From a virus (Duplodnaviria > Caudoviricetes), in the IMG/VR virus record IMGVR_UViG_3300046779_001090, positions 1-35,159 of that record: DNA of 35,159 nucleotides, one strand, 5' to 3'. The notes under the pieces were generated by a model. That model ran no database searches, was not told the origin of the DNA, and saw only the letters and a program-made list of their open reading frames with translations. Position numbers and translations under genes: made by a program. Positions 1 through 8,570 of this stretch are shown here, in pieces (position 1 is the first letter of the stretch; each line of letters begins with the position of its first letter).

Positions 1-23
1 GCCCAGTAAAGGGCCTATTTTTA
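1..23 (+). terminator. possible weak intrinsic terminator of the last early gene (if the genome is circular)
   Basis: GCCC-agtaaa-GGGC followed by CTATTTTT; the stem may be cut by the window edge. Confidence 0.35.
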
Positions 24-267
24 TACCCTAAAGAGCTAAAACGCCACAGGATGCCCGTACACGCCACGAAAACACGGCCACGAACTAACGCTCATAAGCA
101 ACCCTAAACGACCGCCTACAAGCCACCTAACCCCACCTAAAACATAGACCCCCACCCTTATAGGGGGGAGTGGGTCAAATTCTGCCAGATCACGTGTCTA
201 TGACACCCCGCCCGCAGTGTTACGCACCTATACGCATTTCAAACTTTTCCTACGCTAGGCTTTATGT

Positions 268-714
268 ATGGCTAATCCAGCAAAACCGGCAGAGTTGAGG
301 ATCCTTCAGGGGAATCCTGGCAAACGTCCTATTCCAAGTAATGACGCTATTGCTCCGTTGGAATACGGGTATGTTGAACCGCATCGTCCTCTTGGCCCTG
401 TGGGTAAACAGTTCTGGGACAGCATCTTTGGGGCTGGTGAGTTGTGGATCAGCATTAAGACTGACACTGGGTTGGTGCAGTTGATTTGTGAGCAACTTGA
501 TCGCCGTGAGTTTTTGCGTGAGTATGTGGCTGAGCACCCGCATGAGTGGCATATGTTTAAGCAGTTGAATGACATTGAGGTTCAGATTGTTAAAGGGTTT
601 AGTTTGCTCGGCTTTAGTCCGGCTGATCGTACACGTTTGGGCTTGGTATCGGCTAAGACTAAGAGCAAGCTGGAAGAATTGATGGCTAAGAAGGCTCAGA
701 AGCAGAATGGCTGA
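268..714 (+). CDS. terS: terminase small subunit (P27-like)
   Basis: N-terminal P-KP..LRILQGNPGKRP and C-terminal LGFSPADRTRL motifs; overlaps the terL start; TAGGCT -10 box 6 nt before the ATG. Confidence 0.85.
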   Translation: MANPAKPAELRILQGNPGKRPIPSNDAIAPLEYGYVEPHRPLGPVGKQFWDSIFGAGELWISIKTDTGLVQLICEQLDRREFLREYVAEHPHEWHMFKQLNDIEVQIVKGFSLLGFSPADRTRLGLVSAKTKSKLEELMAKKAQKQNG

Positions 715-2236
715 TAAGTGGCCTCCGACTTGGTTGACTCCCGTAGATCCTGTTGCTATTGAGAATGGTGATGGCGAGTTTGCTATTGAGTTTGCTGAGA
801 CGTTTGGCTCTATTGGTAAGGATGGTATTGCTGGTCGGGCTGGTGAGGCGTTAAGGCTTCGTGATTGGCAGAAGGAACTTCTTAAAAATCTTTATGCTCG
901 TGATGAGAATGGCGGGTTGGTTGCATCTACGGCTCTGCTGGGGCTTCCGAGAAAGAACGGCAAAAGTGCTTTGTCGTCTGCGGCTATTGGTCTTTACTCT
1001 TTGCTGGCTGAAGGCATCAACGGTGGTGAGGTTATTGCGGTAGCTGCTGAAAAGGAACAGGCTCGCATTGTGTTTGGTGAAGCGAAGCGTATGGTTGAGG
1101 ATTCTGAACTGGCAGACCTAGTGACCGTTTATAAGGACTCTATCTATGTGCCGTCTACTAACTCGGTGTTTAGGGTTGTTTCTGCTGAGGCTTACTCTAA
1201 AGAAGGTTTGAACCCTAGTCGTGTGATCATGGACGAGTTACACGCTCACAAGAACCGTGAAATCTTTGACGTGTTCTCTTTGGCTATGGGTAACCGTGGC
1301 AAGATTGGACAGTTGGTTGCGATCACTACCGCCGGTGTCAAGTCGGACAGCACCGGTCAGGACAGCATCTGCTATTCGTTGTATAACTATGGCAAGCGTG
1401 TGAGCACTGGTGAAATTGTTGATCCGTCTTTTTTTATGGCTTGGTGGGAAGCCCCACCTGAAATGGATCACCGTGACCCGTTGGCGTGGGAGATTGCTAA
1501 TCCTGGCTATGGCGACATTGTTTCGGCTGAGGACTTTGAGTCTGCGGTTCGCCGTACCCCTGAGGCTGAGTTCCGTACTAAGCGTTTGAACCAGTGGGTG
1601 TCGTCTCAGATCAGTTGGCTACCGGCTGGGTCTTGGGATGCCTGTGCTGAATCCCGTGAGGTCACACCTGACGATGAGATTGTTCTGGGCTTTGACGGTT
1701 CGTTCTCCGGTGACACGACTGTCATTGTTGGGGCTACAGTACCTAAGGGCGAGGACGAGACTCCGCACGTGTTCTTGGTAAAAGCGTGGGAGAAGGACGA
1801 CACTATTCACGATGATTCGTGGCGTGTAAACATTGCTGAGGTTGAAGAAGAAATCTTGAACTTCATTCGCCAGTTCCCTAAGGTTAGAGAAGTTGCCTGT
1901 GACCCTTTCCGTTGGCAAAGGTCTATGGAGGTTTTGGCTGATCAGGGTGTTCCGATTGTGGAGTACCCGTCTACGTCTGCTCGCCGTATGGTTGTTGGCT
2001 GTGCCAAGTTCTTTGACCATGTGACTGAGAAGCGTGTGACCCATGACGGTAATCCGTTACTTGCCCGCCATCTATCTAATGCTGTGACTAAAACTGACAA
2101 CATTGGTATTCGTATCGTTAAAGAGAATCGTGCTTCGGCTCGAAGGATTGACGCTGCGGTTGCAGCTGTGATTGCGTTAGACCGTGCCACAGCAGGTAGA
2201 ATGGAAGTGCAGGTTATTCCTGAGTTCTTTATGTAA
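707..2236 (+). CDS. terL: terminase large subunit
   Basis: Walker A PRKNGKS, Walker B VIMDELH, ITTAG coupling motif, nuclease motifs GFDGSFSGDTT and RIDAAVA. Confidence 0.97.
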   Translation: MADKWPPTWLTPVDPVAIENGDGEFAIEFAETFGSIGKDGIAGRAGEALRLRDWQKELLKNLYARDENGGLVASTALLGLPRKNGKSALSSAAIGLYSLLAEGINGGEVIAVAAEKEQARIVFGEAKRMVEDSELADLVTVYKDSIYVPSTNSVFRVVSAEAYSKEGLNPSRVIMDELHAHKNREIFDVFSLAMGNRGKIGQLVAITTAGVKSDSTGQDSICYSLYNYGKRVSTGEIVDPSFFMAWWEAPPEMDHRDPLAWEIANPGYGDIVSAEDFESAVRRTPEAEFRTKRLNQWVSSQISWLPAGSWDACAESREVTPDDEIVLGFDGSFSGDTTVIVGATVPKGEDETPHVFLVKAWEKDDTIHDDSWRVNIAEVEEEILNFIRQFPKVREVACDPFRWQRSMEVLADQGVPIVEYPSTSARRMVVGCAKFFDHVTEKRVTHDGNPLLARHLSNAVTKTDNIGIRIVKENRASARRIDAAVAAVIALDRATAGRMEVQVIPEFFM

Positions 2237-2245
2237 GGGCGGTAA

Positions 2246-2383
2246 ATGTTAGCTACGATTCTACAAATCGCTGGTATCAGTGCGATATCACTCGGTGTTG
2301 GCCTTTGGTTTCCCCCTGCCGGTGTAATTGTTGCTGGTGCGGGTTTGGTTCTTTTTGGTATCGCATTGGAGCGAGGTAAGTAA
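2246..2383 (+). CDS. small membrane protein (45 aa)
   Basis: MLATILQIAGISAISLGVGLWFPPAGVIVAGAGLVLFGIALERGK; fills the terL-portal gap; TAATG coupling to the portal gene. Confidence 0.8.
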   Translation: MLATILQIAGISAISLGVGLWFPPAGVIVAGAGLVLFGIALERGK

Positions 2384-3684
2384 TGCTAGGTCGTCTCACA
2401 GAACAGAGAGCAATCTCATTCCAAAGTGTTTGGGGCTCCGGTGCTGACATCGAGTTGATGAACCCTGCCGGTGTGAACATCAACAACAACACAGCGTTTG
2501 AGATTGTTGCGTTCTTCTCAGCAGTATCTCTGATCAGCGACACGATCTCTACCCTGCCAGTTGATGCTTTGTATAAGGCTGATGGGGAGATCTACCCTTA
2601 CCGTCCTCGTCCAGCATGGGTTGACCAGCCAGATGTTGACAACACTCGTCAGGCACACTACCAACAGGTTCTTGTTTCGTTGATGGTTAGCGGTAACTCA
2701 TTTACTCGTGTGTTCCGTGACTCTCAAGGCGAAGTTGTAAACCTAGTTGTTCTTGACCCGACCACTGTGGAGATTAAGCGTAATGCTTTGGGTCGTAAAA
2801 TGTTCCAAGTTGAGAAGGAATCAAAACTTCTAACTTCTGAGGACATTATTCACATCACAGATTTGCTGGAGCCAGGTGCTCTACGTGGTATGAGCCGTGT
2901 CTCTAAATTGTCAGACGCTTTGGGTGTTGCTTCAGCACTACAGTCTTACGCAGCTACTTTCTTTGGTCAGGGTGCAACCACCGCTGGTGTGATTGAGTTC
3001 CCTGGGCCACTACTTACTGCTGAACAGGCTAAGACTTTGCAGGACGGTTTTGATAGCCGTCACAAAGGTTGGAAACGAGCACACAAGACAGGTATTTTGT
3101 CTGGCGGTGCAACCTACAAGCAGACAACTGTTCCTAACGACTCTGCACAATTCTTGGAGTCTCGCCGTTTTGCAGTTGAAGAAATTGCTCGTGCATTCAA
3201 CATCCCACTACACCTGTTGGGTGTGCCTGACACAGCGTCATACGCTTCTGTTGAGCAGAACGCAATTCAGTTCGTAACTCACACCCTTCGCCCATACGTG
3301 GAGAAGATTGAGTGGGCTTACACTCGTCTGCTACCAAGCCCTGCGTATTTGAAATTCAACGTAAACGGTTTGATGCGTGGAGATTTCCAGACCCGTATTC
3401 AGGCTTACTCAGTGGCTTCACAGGCTGGCTTTATGAGCATCAACGACATTCGTAAACTAGAGGATCTTCGCTCAGTTGAGGGTGGCAATGTTTACCGTGT
3501 GCCTTTGGCTAACGTGAACCTATCAGCATCTGACCTACCAGAAATGGAAGGCAAGGTGGCTATGGCTACTAAGTTGATTCAGGCTGGTTTTGATCCTGCT
3601 TCTACAATGTCTGCTCTTGGACTACCTGCTATCGCACACGATGGCGGTATCCCAACAACACTTCAGCCAGAAACAGGTGCGTAA
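2383..3684 (+). CDS. portal protein (HK97 family)
   Basis: Motifs AVSLISDTISTLP, QFLESRRFAVEEIARAFNIP, SINDIRKLEDL; position after terL. Confidence 0.96.
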   Translation: MLGRLTEQRAISFQSVWGSGADIELMNPAGVNINNNTAFEIVAFFSAVSLISDTISTLPVDALYKADGEIYPYRPRPAWVDQPDVDNTRQAHYQQVLVSLMVSGNSFTRVFRDSQGEVVNLVVLDPTTVEIKRNALGRKMFQVEKESKLLTSEDIIHITDLLEPGALRGMSRVSKLSDALGVASALQSYAATFFGQGATTAGVIEFPGPLLTAEQAKTLQDGFDSRHKGWKRAHKTGILSGGATYKQTTVPNDSAQFLESRRFAVEEIARAFNIPLHLLGVPDTASYASVEQNAIQFVTHTLRPYVEKIEWAYTRLLPSPAYLKFNVNGLMRGDFQTRIQAYSVASQAGFMSINDIRKLEDLRSVEGGNVYRVPLANVNLSASDLPEMEGKVAMATKLIQAGFDPASTMSALGLPAIAHDGGIPTTLQPETGA

Positions 3685-4028
3685 TGATTAACCCAGGAAC
3701 TTATAACATCACTTGCCCTCAGGGTGCAACTTGGGATAGAACCTTTACTGTCACTATTGGTGGAACAGCCCTTAACCTAACTGGTTACACAGCGGCTATG
3801 CAGGTTCGTGATTCTGCTGGTGCAGCTACCGCTTTGATAAGTTTGACAAACGGTGCAGGTATTACTTTGGGTGGAACTGCTGGAAGCGTTGGTGTGACCA
3901 TTGCTTCAACAGCAACCGCAGCTCTGTCAGCGGGTTCATACTCTTATGACTTGGAACTAAACTCTGGTAGCACCATCACTCGTTTGCTTGAGGGTGCTTT
4001 TAACGTGACAGGTAATGTGACCCGATGA
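3684..4028 (+). CDS. virion beta-rich protein, possible fibre base/adaptor
   Basis: [25 protein letters not shown] pattern typical of phage Ig-like fibre-anchor domains; coupled to the collagen gene. Confidence 0.5.
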   Translation: MINPGTYNITCPQGATWDRTFTVTIGGTALNLTGYTAAMQVRDSAGAATALISLTNGAGITLGGTAGSVGVTIASTATAALSAGSYSYDLELNSGSTITRLLEGAFNVTGNVTR

Positions 4029-5089
4029 GCGATGTCGTAGTTTCCGTTGTCGAATCTACTACTACAGTCACAGTCACAGATCAGGACGTTGCAGTAGCGG
4101 TTACAGAGTCGCCTGTTGTTGTTACGACTGGAACTTCTGGCCCTCAGGGCATCAAGGGTGATACTGGCCCTGCTAACACGCTAACTGTTGGCACAGTTAC
4201 TAAAGCCACAGATGACACAGCCGTTGTCACAATCACTGGCACTGCCCCTGAACAGACAATCAACTTTACTTTGCCTCGTGGTTTACAAGGCGTTAAAGGC
4301 GACACCGGTGCTACCGGTGCTACAGGTGCAACCGGAGCGACAGGTGCTACCGGCCCTCAAGGTGCTACTGGTGCACAAGGCCCTAAAGGTGACAAGGGTG
4401 ACACCGGAGCCACTGGCCCTCAAGGTGAAACTGGTGCGGTTGGTGCTACAGGTGCGACAGGTATTCTTTGGCGTGGCAACTGGTCACAAGACATTGACTA
4501 CGTAAACAACGATGCTGTTTATTACAACAACTCATCATGGTTTGCTTCTGGTGATCCGACTCAGGGTGAAGCACCTGCTTTAGATGCGACTCACTGGTTT
4601 CCGCTTGCTATTCAGGGTGCGACTGGAGCTACTGGTGCGACTGGCCCACAGGGGCCACAGGGTATTCAGGGTGAACGTGGCGAACAGGGTATTAAAGGCG
4701 ACAAGGGCGATACTGGTGCGACTGGTGCAACCGGAGCCACCGGTGCTCAAGGCCCTAAGGGCGATAAAGGCGACACTGGCGACACTGGCCCACAGGGTAT
4801 TCAGGGTATTCAGGGTGTAAAAGGTGACACTGGTGATACAGGTGCTACTGGTGCGACTGGCCCACAAGGTGCAATAGGGCCTCAGGGTGCTACTGGCCCT
4901 CAAGGGCCAACCGGTGCTACAGGAGCCACTGGTGCTGGCGTTGTAGCCGGTGGAACAGCAGGTCAAGTTCTTAGCAAAGTCAACGGCACTGATTACAACA
5001 CACAATGGGTAACTCTTGGTTCGATCACAATGAATGGTACAGCGGTTGCTCTGGGTGGAACTGTGACAATTCTGGCAGTGTTAGGCTAA
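4025..5089 (+). CDS. collagen-like (Gly-X-Y) fibre protein with a central carbohydrate-binding-like module
   Basis: Two long G-X-Y tracts flank [26 protein letters not shown]...W; C-terminal [17 protein letters not shown] fibre motif. Confidence 0.85.
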   Translation: MSDVVVSVVESTTTVTVTDQDVAVAVTESPVVVTTGTSGPQGIKGDTGPANTLTVGTVTKATDDTAVVTITGTAPEQTINFTLPRGLQGVKGDTGATGATGATGATGATGPQGATGAQGPKGDKGDTGATGPQGETGAVGATGATGILWRGNWSQDIDYVNNDAVYYNNSSWFASGDPTQGEAPALDATHWFPLAIQGATGATGATGPQGPQGIQGERGEQGIKGDKGDTGATGATGATGAQGPKGDKGDTGDTGPQGIQGIQGVKGDTGDTGATGATGPQGAIGPQGATGPQGPTGATGATGAGVVAGGTAGQVLSKVNGTDYNTQWVTLGSITMNGTAVALGGTVTILAVLG

Positions 5090-5092
5090 ATT

Positions 5093-5356
5093 ATGGCTGT
5101 TACTTCAGGTCAAATGACAATCGGTACTACTGCTCAACAGATTGATGGTTTGAGCACGAACTACACAAACATTATGGTTCAAAACGATAGCAACACAACT
5201 AAGTTGCACATTGGCGGCCCAGATGTGACCGTAAATAACGGCTTGGCTGTAGGGGCAAGTCAGATTATTCAGTTGCAATTAGGGCCACTTGATAGTTTGT
5301 GGATAGTTTCAGATACAACGGGACACCCTGTTTCGTGGCTTAGATGGGATACATAA
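5093..5356 (+). CDS. hypothetical virion protein
   Basis: 87 aa beta-rich ORF tightly packed in the structural operon. Confidence 0.6.
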   Translation: MAVTSGQMTIGTTAQQIDGLSTNYTNIMVQNDSNTTKLHIGGPDVTVNNGLAVGASQIIQLQLGPLDSLWIVSDTTGHPVSWLRWDT

Positions 5357-6967
5357 ATGCCGTACTACATTGAAAAAGACAACGCCGAATGTAAATCTGG
5401 CTGGGCTGTCACAGGTGCTGAAGGCAAGGTTCACGGCTGTCATACAACTAAGGCATCTGCTATCAAGCAAGCCATTGCTATAAGCCTTTCAACAGATGAA
5501 CCATTTGCTGGTGAACGTGCAGCTATTGATTCGCTACAGGTTGAAGATTACGTATCTTGGAATGTTCTTGATCCTGAAGTTCTTGCCGAAGTTGTCATGG
5601 TTGAGGGCGAGTATGCCGTAATTCGTATTTACGAATACGAGGATGGAATCTTTACGTCTACTGACAAGATGATGATTATCAACGTCTTTAAGTTAGAGAA
5701 GGTCGTCAAGCCAGAGATGGTTGCTGAGGAAGTTGAGTCAGAGGATCAGCCTCTTGACCAGCCAGAAGATCAACCTGTAGATGATTCTATGGATCAGCCA
5801 GAGGATCAGCCGGTAGAGTCTCGTGCAATTAACCAAGAAGCACCTGCTTACATGAGAGCAGCTGCTCGCCGTGGACTTGCTTACTATGAAGATGGTTTGG
5901 GTGGCGATGGTCTTGTTGAGAAAACTATTCGTGAAGCACGTGACATGGCTTCTGGCACTGTTAGCGATGACAAGTGGGTTCGTATCGCTGCGTGGATTTC
6001 ACGTCACCTTGTAGATCTTGATTCACCGGATGCACAACCTGGCTCGGAGAACTATCCAAGCCCTGGAGTTGTTGCACACTTGCTTTGGGGTTCTGGCCCA
6101 TCAAAGAGAGCCGCACAGAGAACATTGGCATTTGCGGAGTCTGTTGTTGCTAGAATTAAAGCAGAGGAAGAAAGACATTCTATGGTTGATGAAGTAATTG
6201 ACGAATCACGTGATAAGTGGGTTCGTGCAGCTTGGGCTATTAAGGCTCGTATTGAGGGTTTGACTGAGGAAGCACGTTCTTTGGGTAAGACTGAGATTCG
6301 TACTGAGCACGTTGATCTTGAGATTCGTGAGACCGGTGACGGAATGACCTTTGAGGGTTACGCTGCTGTTTTCAACTCTCCGTCTCAGCCTCTCCCATTC
6401 ATTGAGACCATTAAGCCAGGAGCGTTTAAGCGTTCGTTGCAGGGTCGTCACCGTATGATGCTTTTGTGGAACCACAACGCTTCAGAGCCTCTTGCGTCTA
6501 CACGCAATGGTTCCTTGAAGTTGGTTGAAGATTCTCGTGGTCTAAAAGTTGTTGCTAAGTTGGCTAACACTCAGACTGGCCGTGATGTTGCTGAACTGAT
6601 CCGTTCAGGTGTAATTGATGCGATGTCGTTTGGTTTCCAAGTTAAGAAGGACTCTTGGTCGGCTGATGGCAACTACAGAACTTTGGAAGAAGTTGCCGTC
6701 CACGAAGTAAGTTTGACTTCGTTCCCAGCCTACGAGGGAACTGCTGGCACTACCTCTGTCCGTGAGAAGCGTGACATTGATGCAGACCAGTTGGCTGACA
6801 GCCTTATGAAATTGGAATCCGGTGAAGAATTGGATGCCGAGCAAGCCAAAGTCATTAGCGAAGTTGTTGCAAAACTTACCAAGACTGAGGAAGTCGCAGA
6901 AGTTGAGGGCGACATCTTGGCTTTGAAGAAGAAGAAACTAGATCTACTAATGAAAGAGGCTGTGTAA
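5357..6967 (+). CDS. prohead protease (HK97/S78 type) with a long N-terminal extension
   Basis: C-terminal FEGYAAVFN, LLWNHN, MSFGF, EVSLTSFPAY; about 300 aa of extra N-terminal sequence with DQPED repeats. Confidence 0.92.
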   Translation: MPYYIEKDNAECKSGWAVTGAEGKVHGCHTTKASAIKQAIAISLSTDEPFAGERAAIDSLQVEDYVSWNVLDPEVLAEVVMVEGEYAVIRIYEYEDGIFTSTDKMMIINVFKLEKVVKPEMVAEEVESEDQPLDQPEDQPVDDSMDQPEDQPVESRAINQEAPAYMRAAARRGLAYYEDGLGGDGLVEKTIREARDMASGTVSDDKWVRIAAWISRHLVDLDSPDAQPGSENYPSPGVVAHLLWGSGPSKRAAQRTLAFAESVVARIKAEEERHSMVDEVIDESRDKWVRAAWAIKARIEGLTEEARSLGKTEIRTEHVDLEIRETGDGMTFEGYAAVFNSPSQPLPFIETIKPGAFKRSLQGRHRMMLLWNHNASEPLASTRNGSLKLVEDSRGLKVVAKLANTQTGRDVAELIRSGVIDAMSFGFQVKKDSWSADGNYRTLEEVAVHEVSLTSFPAYEGTAGTTSVREKRDIDADQLADSLMKLESGEELDAEQAKVISEVVAKLTKTEEVAEVEGDILALKKKKLDLLMKEAV

Positions 6968-7140
6968 TGGCTACTAAAGAACAAATTGAAATTGCTGTAA
7001 AAGTAATTAACGAGGTTACTGGTTCGCCAGACTCTGGCGTTATTGCTGAATTGATTAAAGACATTCAGAAGTCAGAGGTTAAGACCGACAACACTGCGGC
7101 CAAAGAAGTTCGCATTGTCGAGGCAAAAGAAACTCGCTAA
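6967..7140 (+). CDS. hypothetical protein (57 aa)
   Basis: MATKEQIEIAVKVINEVTG...RIVEAKETR; TAATG overlap with the protease stop; followed by a terminator. Confidence 0.75.
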   Translation: MATKEQIEIAVKVINEVTGSPDSGVIAELIKDIQKSEVKTDNTAAKEVRIVEAKETR

Positions 7141-7161
7141 CCCCCTTTAAGCGGTTCTTCT

Positions 7162-7205
7162 CCCCCACCAGATTATTCCCTTTCTCTGGTGGGGGTTCTT
7201 CTTTT
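7162..7205 (+). terminator. intrinsic terminator
   Basis: 11 bp stem CCCCCACCAGA/TCTGGTGGGGG, 12 nt loop, then TTCTTCTTTT. Confidence 0.8.
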
Positions 7206-7221
7206 GGCTGTGCATAACTCT

Positions 7222-7315
7222 TGTAGAATTGTTATAGGTTCTGTGTGTTCACGGCCTCTTGTCTGCTCTGAGTTTCCTCGGCAGAAATAACTATTCACTT
7301 TAATTTAGGAGAACC
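7222..7315 (+). promoter_or_regulatory. capsid promoter (-10 TAGAAT) and structured 5' leader
   Basis: TGTAGAAT at 7222-7229; twin hairpins at 7241-7255 and 7268-7282; AGGAG RBS before ATG 7316. Confidence 0.55.
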
Positions 7316-8467
7316 ATGTCAGAGTTCATTAAGACTCAGGCTGAAGTTCGCAGCAACCTTGTTGCTCAGATGCGTGAGGTTATTGACCTTGCTGAATCAG
7401 AGAAGCGTGGACTAACTGCTGAGGACATTCAGAAGATTGACCGCATCGAGAAGGACATTGAAGCCCGTGATGCAGCTATCGAAACTGCTCAGAAGGTAGA
7501 GGCTCGTTCAGCCGCTGCTGCTGAAGCAGCATCATCATTCACCCCTGCACAGGCAACATCAACTACCGATGCTGACCTTCTACGCTCAATCGCTCGTGGC
7601 GAGATGCGTGGACACGAGTTCGCTCGTGAAGCACGTGCAGCACTAGTTCCATCAAGCAACACTGTTGGACAGTCTTTCTACAACCGTGTATTTGAGATTG
7701 CACAGCTAGTTGGCCCAATGCTTCAGACTTCTGAGGTATTCAACACTGCTTCAGGTGAGAACCTAGTTATCCCAACCGTTACTGCAACCTCATCAGCAGG
7801 TTCAGTTGCAGCTGGTTCAGCAATCACCGAGTCAAACCCAACCTTCGCAAGCATCACTCTAGGTGCTGAGAAGTACGGAGCACTCGTTTCTGTGGCAAGC
7901 GAATTGATCGCAGATGCAGGATTCGACATTTCTGGCTACATCGCTCAGGAACTAGGAACTGCACTTGGTCTACAGGCTAACTCAGTTCTAACCACCAAGC
8001 TATCAGCAGCAGCTGGCTCAGTTGTTACTGGTGGAACCGGTGTATCTGGTGCGGCGACTTACGAAAACCTAATTGACCTTGTTTACGGTATCGCTAACGG
8101 TGCCCGTGTTCTTCCAGGTCTTGGTTTCCAGATGTCAAAGACTGGTATCGCAGCGGCTCGCAAGATGAAGGACGGTGCAGGAAACTACATCTGGTCTGAC
8201 TCTGCTATCCCTGGTCAGCCAGCAACTCTATTGGGTTACGCAGTTTACGAGAACCCAGCAGTTGCAGCTGTTGCTACTGGTGCTAAGTCTGTTCTATTCG
8301 GTCACCTACCTTCATTCAAGGTTCGTGTTGCTGGTGGAATCCGTGTAGATCAGTCTGCTGACTACGCTTTCAACTCAGATGTAACCACTTACCGTGGTCT
8401 AATCCGTCTTGACGGTGGACTAACCCACGCAACCCACATTGGTTACTTCAAGGGTGGAGCGAGCTAA
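7316..8467 (+). CDS. major capsid protein (HK97 fold) with an N-terminal scaffold/delta domain
   Basis: Coiled-coil N-terminus; VSVASELIADAGFDI, KMKDGAGNYIW, TLLGYAV, RLDG motifs; strong RBS; biased codon usage. Confidence 0.96.
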   Translation: MSEFIKTQAEVRSNLVAQMREVIDLAESEKRGLTAEDIQKIDRIEKDIEARDAAIETAQKVEARSAAAAEAASSFTPAQATSTTDADLLRSIARGEMRGHEFAREARAALVPSSNTVGQSFYNRVFEIAQLVGPMLQTSEVFNTASGENLVIPTVTATSSAGSVAAGSAITESNPTFASITLGAEKYGALVSVASELIADAGFDISGYIAQELGTALGLQANSVLTTKLSAAAGSVVTGGTGVSGAATYENLIDLVYGIANGARVLPGLGFQMSKTGIAAARKMKDGAGNYIWSDSAIPGQPATLLGYAVYENPAVAAVATGAKSVLFGHLPSFKVRVAGGIRVDQSADYAFNSDVTTYRGLIRLDGGLTHATHIGYFKGGAS

Positions 8468-8486
8468 ACCCTCGCCATTCAAGGCT

Positions 8487-8528
8487 GGAAGCCCCTCAGA
8501 GTGCGTAGGCTCTGGGGGGTTTCCTTTA
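8487..8528 (+). terminator. intrinsic terminator after the capsid gene
   Basis: GGAAGCCCCTCAGAGT / GCTCTGGGGGGTTTCC stem followed by TTT. Confidence 0.8.
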
Positions 8529-8570
8529 CCCTAAAATTTGCTATGCTGAAATCATCTACGAAAGGGAAAA

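Noticed and set aside
4290-4940. Nucleotide tandem repeats as a mobile or regulatory element
   Set aside because: Fully explained by Gly-X-Y collagen coding.
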